A DNA stretch of 63,952 bases, counting the filler, from Candidatus Eiseniibacteriota bacterium (GTDB lineage Bacteria; Orphanbacterota; Orphanbacteria; Orphanbacterales; Orphanbacteraceae): assembly GCA_043809585.1 (NCBI GenBank). It is 4 parts of 4 records of this genome, joined end to end, with 100 filler letters (N's around TTAATTAATTAA, not from the genome) between each part and the next. Parts side by side here need not be neighbours in the genome. Positions count along the whole stretch, not along the records: positions 1 to 29,451 come from JBDROZ010000033.1; 3 more parts are not named here. One strand, written 5' to 3'. The notes beneath the pieces were generated by a model that searched no databases, was not told the origin of the DNA, and was given only the letters and a program-made list of their open reading frames with translations. The stretch's first letter is position 1. Every line of letters starts with the position of its first letter. Below are positions 1 through 11,414 of the stretch, one piece after another. Position numbers and translations under genes: made by a program.

Positions 1-622
<622 letters not shown>

Positions 623-727
623 GAACTCCTAGATGCATGATACGGTCTTTGACCAAGCACACAGATCCAAGAAATTGAACCTGTGACGCTCAGCAAAACC
701 TCAGAGCAACTTAAGACAGATTGCAGT

Positions 728-739
728 TGTCAAAGAACC
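728..739 (-). promoter_or_regulatory. boxA antitermination element in 16S-23S spacer
   Basis: Minus strand GTTCTTTGACAA just upstream of 23S resembles boxA consensus TGCTCTTTAACA. Confidence 0.65.
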
Positions 740-831
740 GATATTGCCACCGAGCTGGATTTTAGACCAAACACGGCAGCGAAATCCGAAAGAAAACCCA
801 CCACCCTCACAAGGGCATGAAATCCAATCTG

Positions 832-904
832 TGGAGATAACCGGGCTCGAACCGGTAACCTCCGCCGTGCAAGGGCGGCGCTCTCCCAGTTGAGCTATAT
901 CCCC
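832..904 (-). tRNA. tRNA-Ala (UGC), CCA not encoded
   Basis: Minus strand GGGGATATAGCTCAACTGGGAGAGCGCCGCCCTTGCACGGCGGAGGTTACCGGTTCGAGCCCGGTTATCTCCA; cloverleaf with TGC anticodon; typical spacer position. Confidence 0.97.
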
Positions 905-932
905 CCCAGATTACTAGATCATCTCGAGGCGG

Positions 933-1006
<74 letters not shown>

Positions 1007-1162
1007 AATCATGCATCGGAAGGAAAACATCGACGTTTTCCTTCGTCAACACCTGAAAAACGAAGGTCGAAAACAGAAGGGAAGGCGGCGATCCGACATC
1101 GGACCGACCTGAGAGTTGCCCCTTGGTTCCCTCTCAGAGGGACCTCGGATGCTAACACTCCC

Positions 1163-2744
<1,582 letters not shown>

Positions 2745-2880
2745 CGAAATTACGTATCGAAGAAAAAGTCGAAACTCTGCTTCACGTAACTTCAGAATGA
2801 TCGTATTGGATGCGCGAACAGACGAATCCGCCCGCCCATCCGGGGCACGCTTGGCTCGACTAAACGGATGCACTATTCGG

Positions 2881-2892
2881 TTTTCAAAGAGC
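2881..2892 (-). promoter_or_regulatory. rrn leader boxA
   Basis: Minus strand GCTCTTTGAAAA shortly downstream of the proximal rrn promoter. Confidence 0.7.
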
Positions 2893-2914
2893 GAATCGGC
2901 GTACTTCCTGACTG

Positions 2915-2943
2915 AATCTAGCACAAGGCCGCGCCGCCGTCAA
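2915..2943 (-). promoter_or_regulatory. rrn proximal sigma70 promoter (P2)
   Basis: Minus strand TTGACG-17 nt-TAGATT with extended -10 TG. Confidence 0.75.
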
Positions 2944-2971
2944 CTTGGACATTTCACGCGGCAGACTTGGA

Positions 2972-3000
2972 ACAGTAATCGAGGCCCCGAGTTGGGTCAA
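2972..3000 (-). promoter_or_regulatory. rrn distal sigma70 promoter (P1)
   Basis: Minus strand TTGACC-17 nt-TACTGT, with an A-rich tract upstream (UP-like). Confidence 0.65.
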
Positions 3001-3101
3001 CACTTTTCTTTCATTCTCTGGAAAAAATCCCCCCATCCCCGATAGGATCGCAACCTATTACCAGGCACGTAGTTACTCATTCGGCATCCAGGTCTTTCCC
3101 C

Positions 3102-3130
3102 TTGACCGGGCCGCCCGGCGGGGCTAAAGT
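3102..3130 (+). promoter_or_regulatory. sigma70 promoter for PBP1A gene
   Basis: TTGACC-17 nt-TAAAGT, followed by GGAGG RBS at 3153 and GTG at 3165. Confidence 0.6.
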
Positions 3131-3164
3131 GGGCTGGATTTCCCCCATTTCTGGAGGTTCCTTG

Positions 3165-5225
3165 GTGAAGAACCGGGCCGTGATCGTGATCCTCGTGGTC
3201 GCCTGTCTTTTCGGGGGGGCCGGCGCGGGGGCCCTTCGCTGGTTCCGGCAGCATCTCCCCCCCCTCACACGCCTCGAGCGGATCGAGCCCCCCATCAAGA
3301 CCCTCTTCTTCTCGGCGGGGGGGGACACGCTCGCCGAGTTCTACGAGTACAACCGGGTCCTCGCTTCCATCGAGAGGGTGCCCCCCCATCTCGTCGACGC
3401 CATCCTCGTCATCGAGGATCGGAAGTTCTACGACCACTGGGGGGTCGACCTCCGAGGCATCGCGAGGGCCATGGCCCGGAACATCCGCGCCGGGCAGGTC
3501 GTCCAGGGGGCAAGCACCATCACGCAGCAGCTCGCGCGCAATCTTTTTATCCATGAAGAACGTGGATGGATGTCCCAGACCTACACTCGTAAGATCCGGG
3601 AGGCCCTCCTCGCCATGGAGATCGAGAAGAGGTACACGAAGGACGAGATCCTCGAGATGTATCTCAACCACATCTATTTCGGGAACCGGACCTACGGGGT
3701 CGAGGCGGCGTCGCGGGAATACTTCGGGAAGCACGTGGAGGATATCTCCCTCGCCGAGGCGGCCCTTCTCGCGGGAATCATCAAGAACCCCCGGGACTAC
3801 GCTCCCACCCGGAACCCCGACCTCGCGGAGCGCCGGCGCGCCACGGTGCTCTCGGTGATGGCGAAGGAGGGCATCGTCTCCGAGGCGGAAGCGGACTCGG
3901 CGATGGCGGAGCCGATCGTGCTCGCGCCCCACACGGGTAGGCTCTTCGAGTCCGGTTATTTCGTCGAGTACGTGCGGAAGCTCGTGGGCGACATGTTTCC
4001 CGAAGAGGAGTACATGCTGCACGGCCTCCAGGTGCACACGACCCTCGATCCGGCGATGCAGGCCTCCGCCGAGGGGGCGGTGGAGAGCAATCTGATCCGC
4101 CTCGAAACGGAGCGGCGCTATCCCCAGAAGCGGGCCGACTACGTCGAACAAGGCCTGGCGGGGACGCCCGAGTACCTGCAGGGGGCGCTCGTCGCCCTCG
4201 AGCCGGAGACCGGCCATATCCTCGCCATGGTGGGAGGCCGAAGCTACGAGGAGTCGAATTGGAACCGGGCGGTCCAGGCCCCCCGTCAGCCCGGCTCCTC
4301 TTTCAAGCTCTTCACGTTCACCACGGCCATCGCGAACGGCTACCGCGCTTCGGACATGATCCTCGACGCCCCGGTCGTCCTCGCCCAGTCGGACGGGACG
4401 CTCTGGCGACCGGGGAATTACTACCGGCGCTTCTCCGGCCTCGTCTCGCTGCGGGAAGCCTTCGCCCAGAGCATCAACCTGCCGGCGGTGAAACTCGTTC
4501 TCGCCCTCGGACCCCACAAGGTGGCGGCGACAGCCCACATACTCGGCATCAAGTCTCCCGTTCAGGAGGTCCCCTCCATCGCCCTCGGAAGTTCGGAGGT
4601 GAACCTTCTCGAGCTGACCACGGCCTACAGCGTCTTCCGGAACGGGGGAATCCTCGTCGAGCCGTCGGCGATCGTCCGGATCGAAGACCGGAACGGGACC
4701 GTCCTGTACGAGGAAGAGCGTGAATCCCGGGAGGCGATCCCGGCCGCCCTGTCGGCGGTGGTGACCTCCCTTCTCGAGAGCGTGATCGACGAACCGAGCG
4801 GCACCGGCCACTCGCTCCGGCGGAAAGGCTGGAACGCGCCGGCGGCGGGCAAGACCGGCACTTACGACGACTACACGAACGCCTGGTTCATCGGGTTCAC
4901 TCCCGAGGTGGTCGCCGGAGTCTGGGTCGGTTTCGAGGAGAAAGTCAACATGGGGAGCGGAATGAGCGGCGGCGTCGTGGCCCTTCCGATCTGGATCGAC
5001 TTCGCCACCGCCGTCAGCGACTCGACGAAGAGGGGCATCTTCCCCCGCCCCGTCGCGGGCATCACGTACCGGACCGTCTGTTCCGAGACCGGATTCCTCG
5101 CCTCCGCCGGCTGCCCGAAGCCCCGGGAGGAGATCTACCTCGACGGGACCGCGCCGGAGACGGCGTGCTACGTTCACACCAGACGAACCGCGGCGCCCAT
5201 CGTTGTCGACTTCGGGGGCAAGTAA
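3165..5225 (+). CDS. mrcA: Class A penicillin-binding protein (PBP1A family; transglycosylase + transpeptidase)
   Basis: N-terminal TM; GT51 motifs EDRKFYDHWGVD, GASTITQQLARN, RKIRE, KDEILEMYLN; TP motifs SSFK, SIN, KTG. Start moved to GTG after GGAGG. Confidence 0.93.
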   Translation: MKNRAVIVILVVACLFGGAGAGALRWFRQHLPPLTRLERIEPPIKTLFFSAGGDTLAEFYEYNRVLASIERVPPHLVDAILVIEDRKFYDHWGVDLRGIARAMARNIRAGQVVQGASTITQQLARNLFIHEERGWMSQTYTRKIREALLAMEIEKRYTKDEILEMYLNHIYFGNRTYGVEAASREYFGKHVEDISLAEAALLAGIIKNPRDYAPTRNPDLAERRRATVLSVMAKEGIVSEAEADSAMAEPIVLAPHTGRLFESGYFVEYVRKLVGDMFPEEEYMLHGLQVHTTLDPAMQASAEGAVESNLIRLETERRYPQKRADYVEQGLAGTPEYLQGALVALEPETGHILAMVGGRSYEESNWNRAVQAPRQPGSSFKLFTFTTAIANGYRASDMILDAPVVLAQSDGTLWRPGNYYRRFSGLVSLREAFAQSINLPAVKLVLALGPHKVAATAHILGIKSPVQEVPSIALGSSEVNLLELTTAYSVFRNGGILVEPSAIVRIEDRNGTVLYEEERESREAIPAALSAVVTSLLESVIDEPSGTGHSLRRKGWNAPAAGKTGTYDDYTNAWFIGFTPEVVAGVWVGFEEKVNMGSGMSGGVVALPIWIDFATAVSDSTKRGIFPRPVAGITYRTVCSETGFLASAGCPKPREEIYLDGTAPETACYVHTRRTAAPIVVDFGGK

Positions 5226-5367
5226 CCCGGCGGCCTCTCGTCTGTTCTGCTGCGGCGCGTGATGCCGGGTTAGCGGGGAGAATCAAGAGAACTGGGAATT
5301 CTGCGGATGCCCAGCCTTGATCTTTGGGTTCGGCGCGCTCGACCCAGAAACGGCCAGGAGTAAGTCC

Positions 5368-6828
5368 ATGCGCATCGCCCTCGGCGGGTTCGCCGCTGAA
5401 TGCTGCACCTTCTCTCCCCTCCCGACGAGGCTCGAGGACTTTCGCATTCTCCGGGGGCCGGAAATTCTCGGGCGTTATCCCTTTCTCGATTCCTTCGACA
5501 GTGTTGATTTCGTGCTGCTCCTCCACGCCCGCGCCCTGCCGGGAGGGCCCGTGGAGCCGGAGGCGTACCGGGCGATCCGGGACGAGATCGTCGAGAGGCT
5601 CGCGAGCGACGGCCCGTGGGACGGGGTCTATCTCGACATGCACGGAGCGGCATTCGTCCGGAGCATGGAGGACGCGGAAGGGGACTTCCTGCGCTCCGTC
5701 CGCGCGGCGGGCGGCCCGGACACGCTCGTCGCGGCGAGCTACGACCTCCACGGCAACCTCTCGGGAGGGGCGGCGGACGCTCTCGACATCCTGACCGCGT
5801 ACCGGACCGCTCCCCACGCCGACGAGGAAGAGACGCGCCGGCGGGCCGTGGAGCTCCTCGCCCGGTGCCTCCGGCGGCGAATCCGCCCCGTCCTCGCCCG
5901 CGTTTCCGTACCGGTCCTTCTCCCCGGCGAGAAGACGAGCACCGAATGGGAGCCCGGGGCGCGTCTCTGGGGTCTCCTCTCGCGGGTCTCGGTTCGCGAG
6001 GGGATTCTCGACGCGTCGATCCTGGCCGGCTACCCTTGGGCGGACGAGCCCCGCGCGGGCGCGTCGGTCGTCGTCGTCGGCACGGATGCCGCCACCGCCG
6101 GGCGGGAGGCGTACGCTCTCGCCCGCGAATTCTGGGACGCCCGGGAGGAGTTCGACTTCGGCGGGCCGGCCGGGTCGATCGACGAATGTCTGGATCGCGC
6201 TCTGGCCTGCGGCGACAGGCCCGTCTTCATCAGCGACTCGGGGGACAATCCGACCGCGGGGGGGGCGGGGGACGTCACGGCCGGTCTCCGGAAACTGCTG
6301 GAACGGAGCGTCCCGCACGCCCTCTTCGCGTCGATCACCGACGAGGCCGCGACCGCCCTCTGCCACGAGCGGGGGATCGGCGGGGATGTACGTGTCGGCC
6401 TCGGCGGGAAGCTCGACCCGGCCCACGGCCCGCCCCTCCCCGTCGGGGGCCGGGTGAAATCGATCGCGACGATCACCGGCGAGGAGGGCCGCGGGCTCTT
6501 CCCCGGGAGGCAGGCGGTGATCGAGAGCGGCGGCACTGAGATCATCGTCACCGAAAGGCGCACGCCCTTTCACCGGATCGACCAGTTCCGGCGGCTGGGG
6601 ATCGAGCCGGCCGAGCGCAGCCTGGTGGTCGTGAAGATCGGCTATCTCGAGCCGGAGTTGAAAGCGGCGGCCGCGCGCTCCTACCTCGCCCTCACGGCCG
6701 GAGCGGTCGACCAGAACCTTCTCCGCCTCCCATTCCGGCGGCTCCGCCGCCCCCTCTTCCCTCTCGATCGGGACTTCGAATGGGCCCCGGAAGGAGCCTC
6801 CCCGCCCGGCGGGGCTCCGAATCCGTAA
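5368..6828 (+). CDS. M81 family metallopeptidase (MlrC-like)
   Basis: MRIALGGFAAECCTFSP start; motifs LDMHGA, DLHGN, YRTAPHAD, SDSGDNPTAGGAGD, VVKIGYL; AGGAG RBS. Confidence 0.88.
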   Translation: MRIALGGFAAECCTFSPLPTRLEDFRILRGPEILGRYPFLDSFDSVDFVLLLHARALPGGPVEPEAYRAIRDEIVERLASDGPWDGVYLDMHGAAFVRSMEDAEGDFLRSVRAAGGPDTLVAASYDLHGNLSGGAADALDILTAYRTAPHADEEETRRRAVELLARCLRRRIRPVLARVSVPVLLPGEKTSTEWEPGARLWGLLSRVSVREGILDASILAGYPWADEPRAGASVVVVGTDAATAGREAYALAREFWDAREEFDFGGPAGSIDECLDRALACGDRPVFISDSGDNPTAGGAGDVTAGLRKLLERSVPHALFASITDEAATALCHERGIGGDVRVGLGGKLDPAHGPPLPVGGRVKSIATITGEEGRGLFPGRQAVIESGGTEIIVTERRTPFHRIDQFRRLGIEPAERSLVVVKIGYLEPELKAAAARSYLALTAGAVDQNLLRLPFRRLRRPLFPLDRDFEWAPEGASPPGGAPNP

Positions 6829-6842
6829 CTCACACTATTTCA

Positions 6843-6871
6843 TTGACTTTTGCACGCTTTGCCGCTAGAAT
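6843..6871 (+). promoter_or_regulatory. sigma70 promoter for GH85 gene
   Basis: TTGACT-17 nt-TAGAAT, near consensus; AGGAG RBS before ATG 6915. Confidence 0.75.
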
Positions 6872-6914
6872 AGGGCGAGATGATGCATGAATTCTTCTAT
6901 ATAGGAGTCCGGTC

Positions 6915-9900
6915 ATGACAGAAATCCGACGCTTCCGGGGTGCCCCGGTGCTCCTCATCTGCCTTGCCCTTCTCGCCTCCGCCGGAGGCGCCCGCGGCGC
7001 GGACCAGCCGTACGCTTCCCACTGGTTCCCGAACGATCTGCTCGCATGGACGGCCGGGACCGACCCGGACGCGGATTTCAACCGGGGGGGCGTCCCCCTC
7101 GCCGACCGGTTCACGGACCCTTCGACTCAGGTGAATGCCCACGCGAGAGACGGCGAAGGACGGATCAACGCGATCGGTGTGATGTACCCGAGCACGTCGA
7201 ACAACCCGTCCCAGGGATCCGAGAACTTCGACTCTTTTACCTTTGACTACTGGCCCTACGTCGACAACCTCGTCTTCTGGGGCGGATCGGCGGGGGAAGG
7301 CCTCATCCTCGCGCCGAACGCCGGCGTCATCGACGCCGCCCACCGGAACGGCGTCCCCGTTCTCGGCACGATCTTCTTCCCCCCCACCGTCTACGGCGGC
7401 CAGATCCAGTGGGTGGAGGATTTGCTGCAAAAGGACGGCCCGGTCTTCCCCGTGGCGGACAAGCTGATCGAGGCGGCGGTCGAGTACGGCTTCGACGGGT
7501 GGTTCGTCAACCAGGAGACGGCGGGGGGAGACTCGGCGCTCGCCCTCTCGATGCAGGAGTTTCTCCTCTACCTGCAGGCGAACAAGCCGGCGGGGATGCG
7601 GATCATGTGGTACGACGCGATGATCCACAACGGGAACATCGCCTGGCAGAACGAGCTGAACGAGAACAACGTGATGTTCTTCCAGGAGGGCGGCGCCGTC
7701 GTCAGCGACGACATCTTTCTCAACTTCAACTGGCGCTTCACGACGAAACTCGACAGCTCCCGGGCCCTCGCCCTCTCCCTCGGCCGGGACCCGTACGAGG
7801 TGTACGGGGGCGTCGATGTCCAGGCGAACGGGTACACGACCGGCGTCGACTGGGACGGGGTCTTTCCCGAAGGGAACGTCCACACGACCTCCCTCGGATT
7901 CTACGGCGCCGAGTGGCCTTGGTCCGCCGCGTCGAGCCACTACGACTACCTGGCCCGGGCGAACCGGTTCTGGGTCGGGCCGAACGGGGACCCGTCGAAT
8001 ACGGCCACCGCCGACGCGTGGAAAGGACTCGCCCACTACGTGCCCGCCCGGTCGCCCATGAACGACCTCCCCTTCATGACGAGTTTCGGCAACGGCCAGG
8101 GGCACCTCTACGCAGTGGCGGGGGAGATCCGGAAGGTGGGGGACTGGAACCAGCGGGGGCTCCAGGACGTGCTGCCGACTTGGCGATGGCTCCGATCGAG
8201 CCCCGGGGACACCCTCGACGCCGCTCTCGACTGGGGCGACGCCTACGAGGGGGGATCGTGTCTTCTCGTGAGCGGCGATCTCGGACCGGCGAATCCGACG
8301 GACCTTCGCCTGTACAAGACCGCTCTCGCCCTCTCGGCGGAGGACACGCTGGTCGTCGCCTTCCGGCGCGGGGCGGCGGGATCCCCCTCCCGCCTGAAGG
8401 TGAACATCGCTTTCGCCGACGCGCCGGGGGTGTACGTCCCCCTGGACGCGGGGAACTCGACCGGGGAGGGATGGACGAAGGCGATCTTCCCGCTGGCACC
8501 TCACGCGGGGCGGACCATCGAGGAGATCGGTCTTCGCTTCGAATCGGCATCGAGCGAGCCGGGCTACGAGATCCGGATCGGCCGGATCGGGATCCAGAGG
8601 GGCCCGGTCGACGTTCCCGGGGCGCCATCGAATCTCGTCGCCTCGGACTTCGCCGCCACCGGCACCCGGACCGGCAATGTCCGCGTCGCTTGGGACGCCG
8701 CGGAGGGCCCGGTCCGCCTTTACCACGTCTATCAGGTGAACCCCGACGGGAGCCGGACCTTCCTCGGCGGCACGTCGAATCGGGCCTGGTTCGCCCCGGA
8801 GGTGAGCCGCGTCGCCGACGAGACGCGGACGACGATCGAGGTGGTCGCCGTGAGCGACGAGTACGGTTTCTCCGCGCCGGAGACGACGAGCGTCTTCTGG
8901 GGCCTCGACCCCCCGAACGACCCGCCCGTGGCGGACGGGGGGGGTCCTTACGTCGGCGTGACCGGGGCCCCGCTCCCCTTCTTCGGGCGGGGGTCTTCGG
9001 ACGGCGACGGCTCGATCGCCTCTTGGTCGTGGACCTTCGGCGATGCCGGATCGTCCCCCGAACCGGACCCCGCGCACGCCTACGCGCTCGCGGGGATCTA
9101 CGAGGTGGTGCTCACCGTCACGGACGACGACGGCGCGGGCGGCTCGGACACGACGACGGCGACGATCGCCGACACGATCCCGGACCCGGTGGCGCGGGCC
9201 CTCTGGCTCCCCCTGGACGAGGGGAGCGGCAGCGTGGCGGGCGACTCGTCGGGGAACGGCAATGACGGGGCGGTCACGGGGGCGGTCTGGACGGGCGGCA
9301 TCACGGGGAGCGCCCTCGACTTCGACGGCGTCGACGACCATGCGATCGTGGGCGACTATCCGAAGCCGGCGTCGGTCATGACCGTTTCGGTCTGGGCGAA
9401 GGCGGGCTCCCGCTCGTTCTGGGGCTCGATCGTGAAGAACTGGGGGCGGGCGAGCGGCGCGTTCCGGATCGGTCTCTGGGCGGACGAAGGGGACTTGGAG
9501 GTGCGGGTGACGGAGGCGGACGATCACGAGATCGGATTCCGGGAAGGATTCTGGAACAAGTTCCCGTTAGGCGAGTGGCAGCACCTCGCGATCACTGCCG
9601 ACGGGGCGCGGCTTCGAATCTACAGGAACGGCGCCGAGATCGGGAACATGCCGTACGACGGGACGCTGAAGACGTCCCGGCCGGGGCTCGGAATCGGCGT
9701 AAAACTGAACAACCTGGGTACGGTCCCGAACGGGGCGGAGCCGGGTTGGTGGGACGGGACGATCGACGACATTCGAATCTACGACCGGGCCCTCGGGGCG
9801 AACGAGATCCGCGCCCTCCATCAGAACGGCGTCGGGACGGGGGTGGAATCGCCGGGGAGCGCTCCCCCCCCCCGCTTTGCGCTCGGAAAGAACGCGCCGA

Positions 9901-10148
9901 ACCCGTTCAACCCGGCGACGCGGATCGCTTACGAGCTCGCGGAGAGGTCGACGGTGACACTGGCGATCTACGACATCGCGGGGAGGCGGGTGCGGGTGCT
10001 GGTGGACGGGGTGATGCCGGCGGGGAATCACGCGGCGACATGGGACGGAAGAAACGGCGCCGGGCGGGACGTGGCGTCGGGGATCTACTTCGCGAAGATG
10101 GCGGCGGGGTCGTTCGAGGACGTTCGGAAGATGGTGTTATTGAGGTAG
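6915..10148 (+). CDS. Secreted endo-beta-N-acetylglucosaminidase (GH85) with PKD, LamG-like and FlgD-Ig/T9SS-type C-terminal domain
   Basis: Signal peptide; Endo-A-like N-terminus PYASHWFPNDLLAW; GFDGWFVNQET catalytic N-x-E; PKD WSWTFGD...HAY; LamG GTIDDIRIYDRAL; CTD NAPNPFNP...WDGRN...SGIYF...KMVLLR. Confidence 0.9.
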   Translation: MTEIRRFRGAPVLLICLALLASAGGARGADQPYASHWFPNDLLAWTAGTDPDADFNRGGVPLADRFTDPSTQVNAHARDGEGRINAIGVMYPSTSNNPSQGSENFDSFTFDYWPYVDNLVFWGGSAGEGLILAPNAGVIDAAHRNGVPVLGTIFFPPTVYGGQIQWVEDLLQKDGPVFPVADKLIEAAVEYGFDGWFVNQETAGGDSALALSMQEFLLYLQANKPAGMRIMWYDAMIHNGNIAWQNELNENNVMFFQEGGAVVSDDIFLNFNWRFTTKLDSSRALALSLGRDPYEVYGGVDVQANGYTTGVDWDGVFPEGNVHTTSLGFYGAEWPWSAASSHYDYLARANRFWVGPNGDPSNTATADAWKGLAHYVPARSPMNDLPFMTSFGNGQGHLYAVAGEIRKVGDWNQRGLQDVLPTWRWLRSSPGDTLDAALDWGDAYEGGSCLLVSGDLGPANPTDLRLYKTALALSAEDTLVVAFRRGAAGSPSRLKVNIAFADAPGVYVPLDAGNSTGEGWTKAIFPLAPHAGRTIEEIGLRFESASSEPGYEIRIGRIGIQRGPVDVPGAPSNLVASDFAATGTRTGNVRVAWDAAEGPVRLYHVYQVNPDGSRTFLGGTSNRAWFAPEVSRVADETRTTIEVVAVSDEYGFSAPETTSVFWGLDPPNDPPVADGGGPYVGVTGAPLPFFGRGSSDGDGSIASWSWTFGDAGSSPEPDPAHAYALAGIYEVVLTVTDDDGAGGSDTTTATIADTIPDPVARALWLPLDEGSGSVAGDSSGNGNDGAVTGAVWTGGITGSALDFDGVDDHAIVGDYPKPASVMTVSVWAKAGSRSFWGSIVKNWGRASGAFRIGLWADEGDLEVRVTEADDHEIGFREGFWNKFPLGEWQHLAITADGARLRIYRNGAEIGNMPYDGTLKTSRPGLGIGVKLNNLGTVPNGAEPGWWDGTIDDIRIYDRALGANEIRALHQNGVGTGVESPGSAPPPRFALGKNAPNPFNPATRIAYELAERSTVTLAIYDIAGRRVRVLVDGVMPAGNHAATWDGRNGAGRDVASGIYFAKMAAGSFEDVRKMVLLR

Positions 10149-10206
10149 TCGGTGCGGACGGACTCCTTCTTGCCCGCTTTCCGTGCTCCTATGGACGGGT
10201 CCTGCC

Positions 10207-11396
10207 CCGTTCGTCCTGAGTAGGATTCGAACGGAGTGAGAATCCGTATCGAAGGGCGGACGGGGCCTTCGCGGGCTTTCCCGGCAGGACACGGCAGAGT
10301 ACGGGCAGGTCCTGACCGCTCCTGTCCACTGCGGTGCTCGGCAGTCGCGGCTTTGTCTTCGATGGTCCGATTCACGTGAACCGCACGTATCGTCTTCTGC
10401 TGATGCTTGGGCCCCTCGGGATCTGGCGCTTGGTGCCTGCGCGCCTCGTGGACTCCTGTCGCGGCCACCCGCCCGTGGTTTCGAATGATCAGCAAGGACT
10501 GCCGAAAGAAGATAGACCGAGACTGCGGATACAATTGTCATCCCCGCGTAGGGGATCCAGGTACTAGAGTTCCTTACTCCCGTTCGTCCTGAGTGATCCG
10601 ACCGAAGGGAGGATCGTATCGAAGGATTGAACGGGGAAAAGGGCGCAAGAGCTCGATCCGCCCCGCCTTAGGGGGGAGATGGCGTTCGCCCACCCGGGCG
10701 CTCGGGGTGAGTGAGCGGCCGTGCCGCGCGCCAACCCCTTTCGGTACCAGATTCTCCTGGAGCGAAGCGGAAGGGTATCTGGTTCCGAAAGGACCAAAAC
10801 TATCGAGTCGTCTGAGCCGGCGCGCGTCACGAATATCCACCGACGCCGGGGGCCCGTGTGGGCGGACGCTTCTTTTTTTCTTGTGCTGGGCCGGAGTCCT
10901 TTGTTTCCCCCTCTTCCCCTCTCGCCCCCTTCGATACGGACCTTCGGTCCTACTCAGGACAGGCTTCGATACACCGCCTCGCTCCGCGCGGCGGCACTCA
11001 GGACGAACGGGGGTGGGACTTCTAATCCCTGGATCCCCGCGTACGCGGGGATGACAATTTTATCCACAATCTCGGTCTTTCTCCCATCGGCAGTCCTTGC
11101 TGAGAATACCCCGCCATGGGCGGGTGGCGCCGGCGGGGGCCCGCGAGGAGCGCAGGCACCAAGCGCCAGATCCCGGAAACCTCGACTCTGAACGGGAACG
11201 GAACGTGCGGTTCTCATGAAGGGATCAAGAAGACCAAAGCGCGACTGCCGAGCACTGCAGCGGGCGGCCGGCGACAGGCCCCGCCCGTACTCCGACTTCC
11301 CCGCTCGCCCCCTTCTATACGGACCTTCGGTCCTACTCTGGACAGGCTTCGATACACCGCCTCGCTTCGCTCGGCGGCACTCAGGACGAACGGGGG
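10207..11396. repeat. ~1.2-kb composite imperfect inverted repeat built from REP-like units
   Basis: Left arm ~10207-10640 is the reverse complement of right arm ~10920-11396 (26-bp perfect block 10417-10442 vs 11150-11175); six CTTC(G/T)ATAC-hairpin-ACTC(A/T)GGAC units; GTCATCCCCGCG..GGGGATCCA palindromes; 93-bp direct repeat 10921-11013 vs 11304-11396. Confidence 0.9.
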
Positions 11397-11414
11397 GGGG
11401 GCTCGGGGCTGTTC

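Noticed and set aside
2997-9527. Long minus-strand ORFs (726, 503, 876 aa)
   Set aside because: Antisense shadows of the PBP1A, M81 and GH85 genes caused by high GC3; R/G/P-rich, no motifs.
11060-11068. Perfect DnaA box TTATCCACA
   Set aside because: Single box, degenerate in the other arm, with no AT-rich unwinding element or dnaA/gidA context; not called oriC.
10207-11396. Possible CRISPR array or integron attC cassettes
   Set aside because: Units are in both orientations with irregular spacing and homologous rather than unique spacers; no cas or intI nearby; no attC core boxes.
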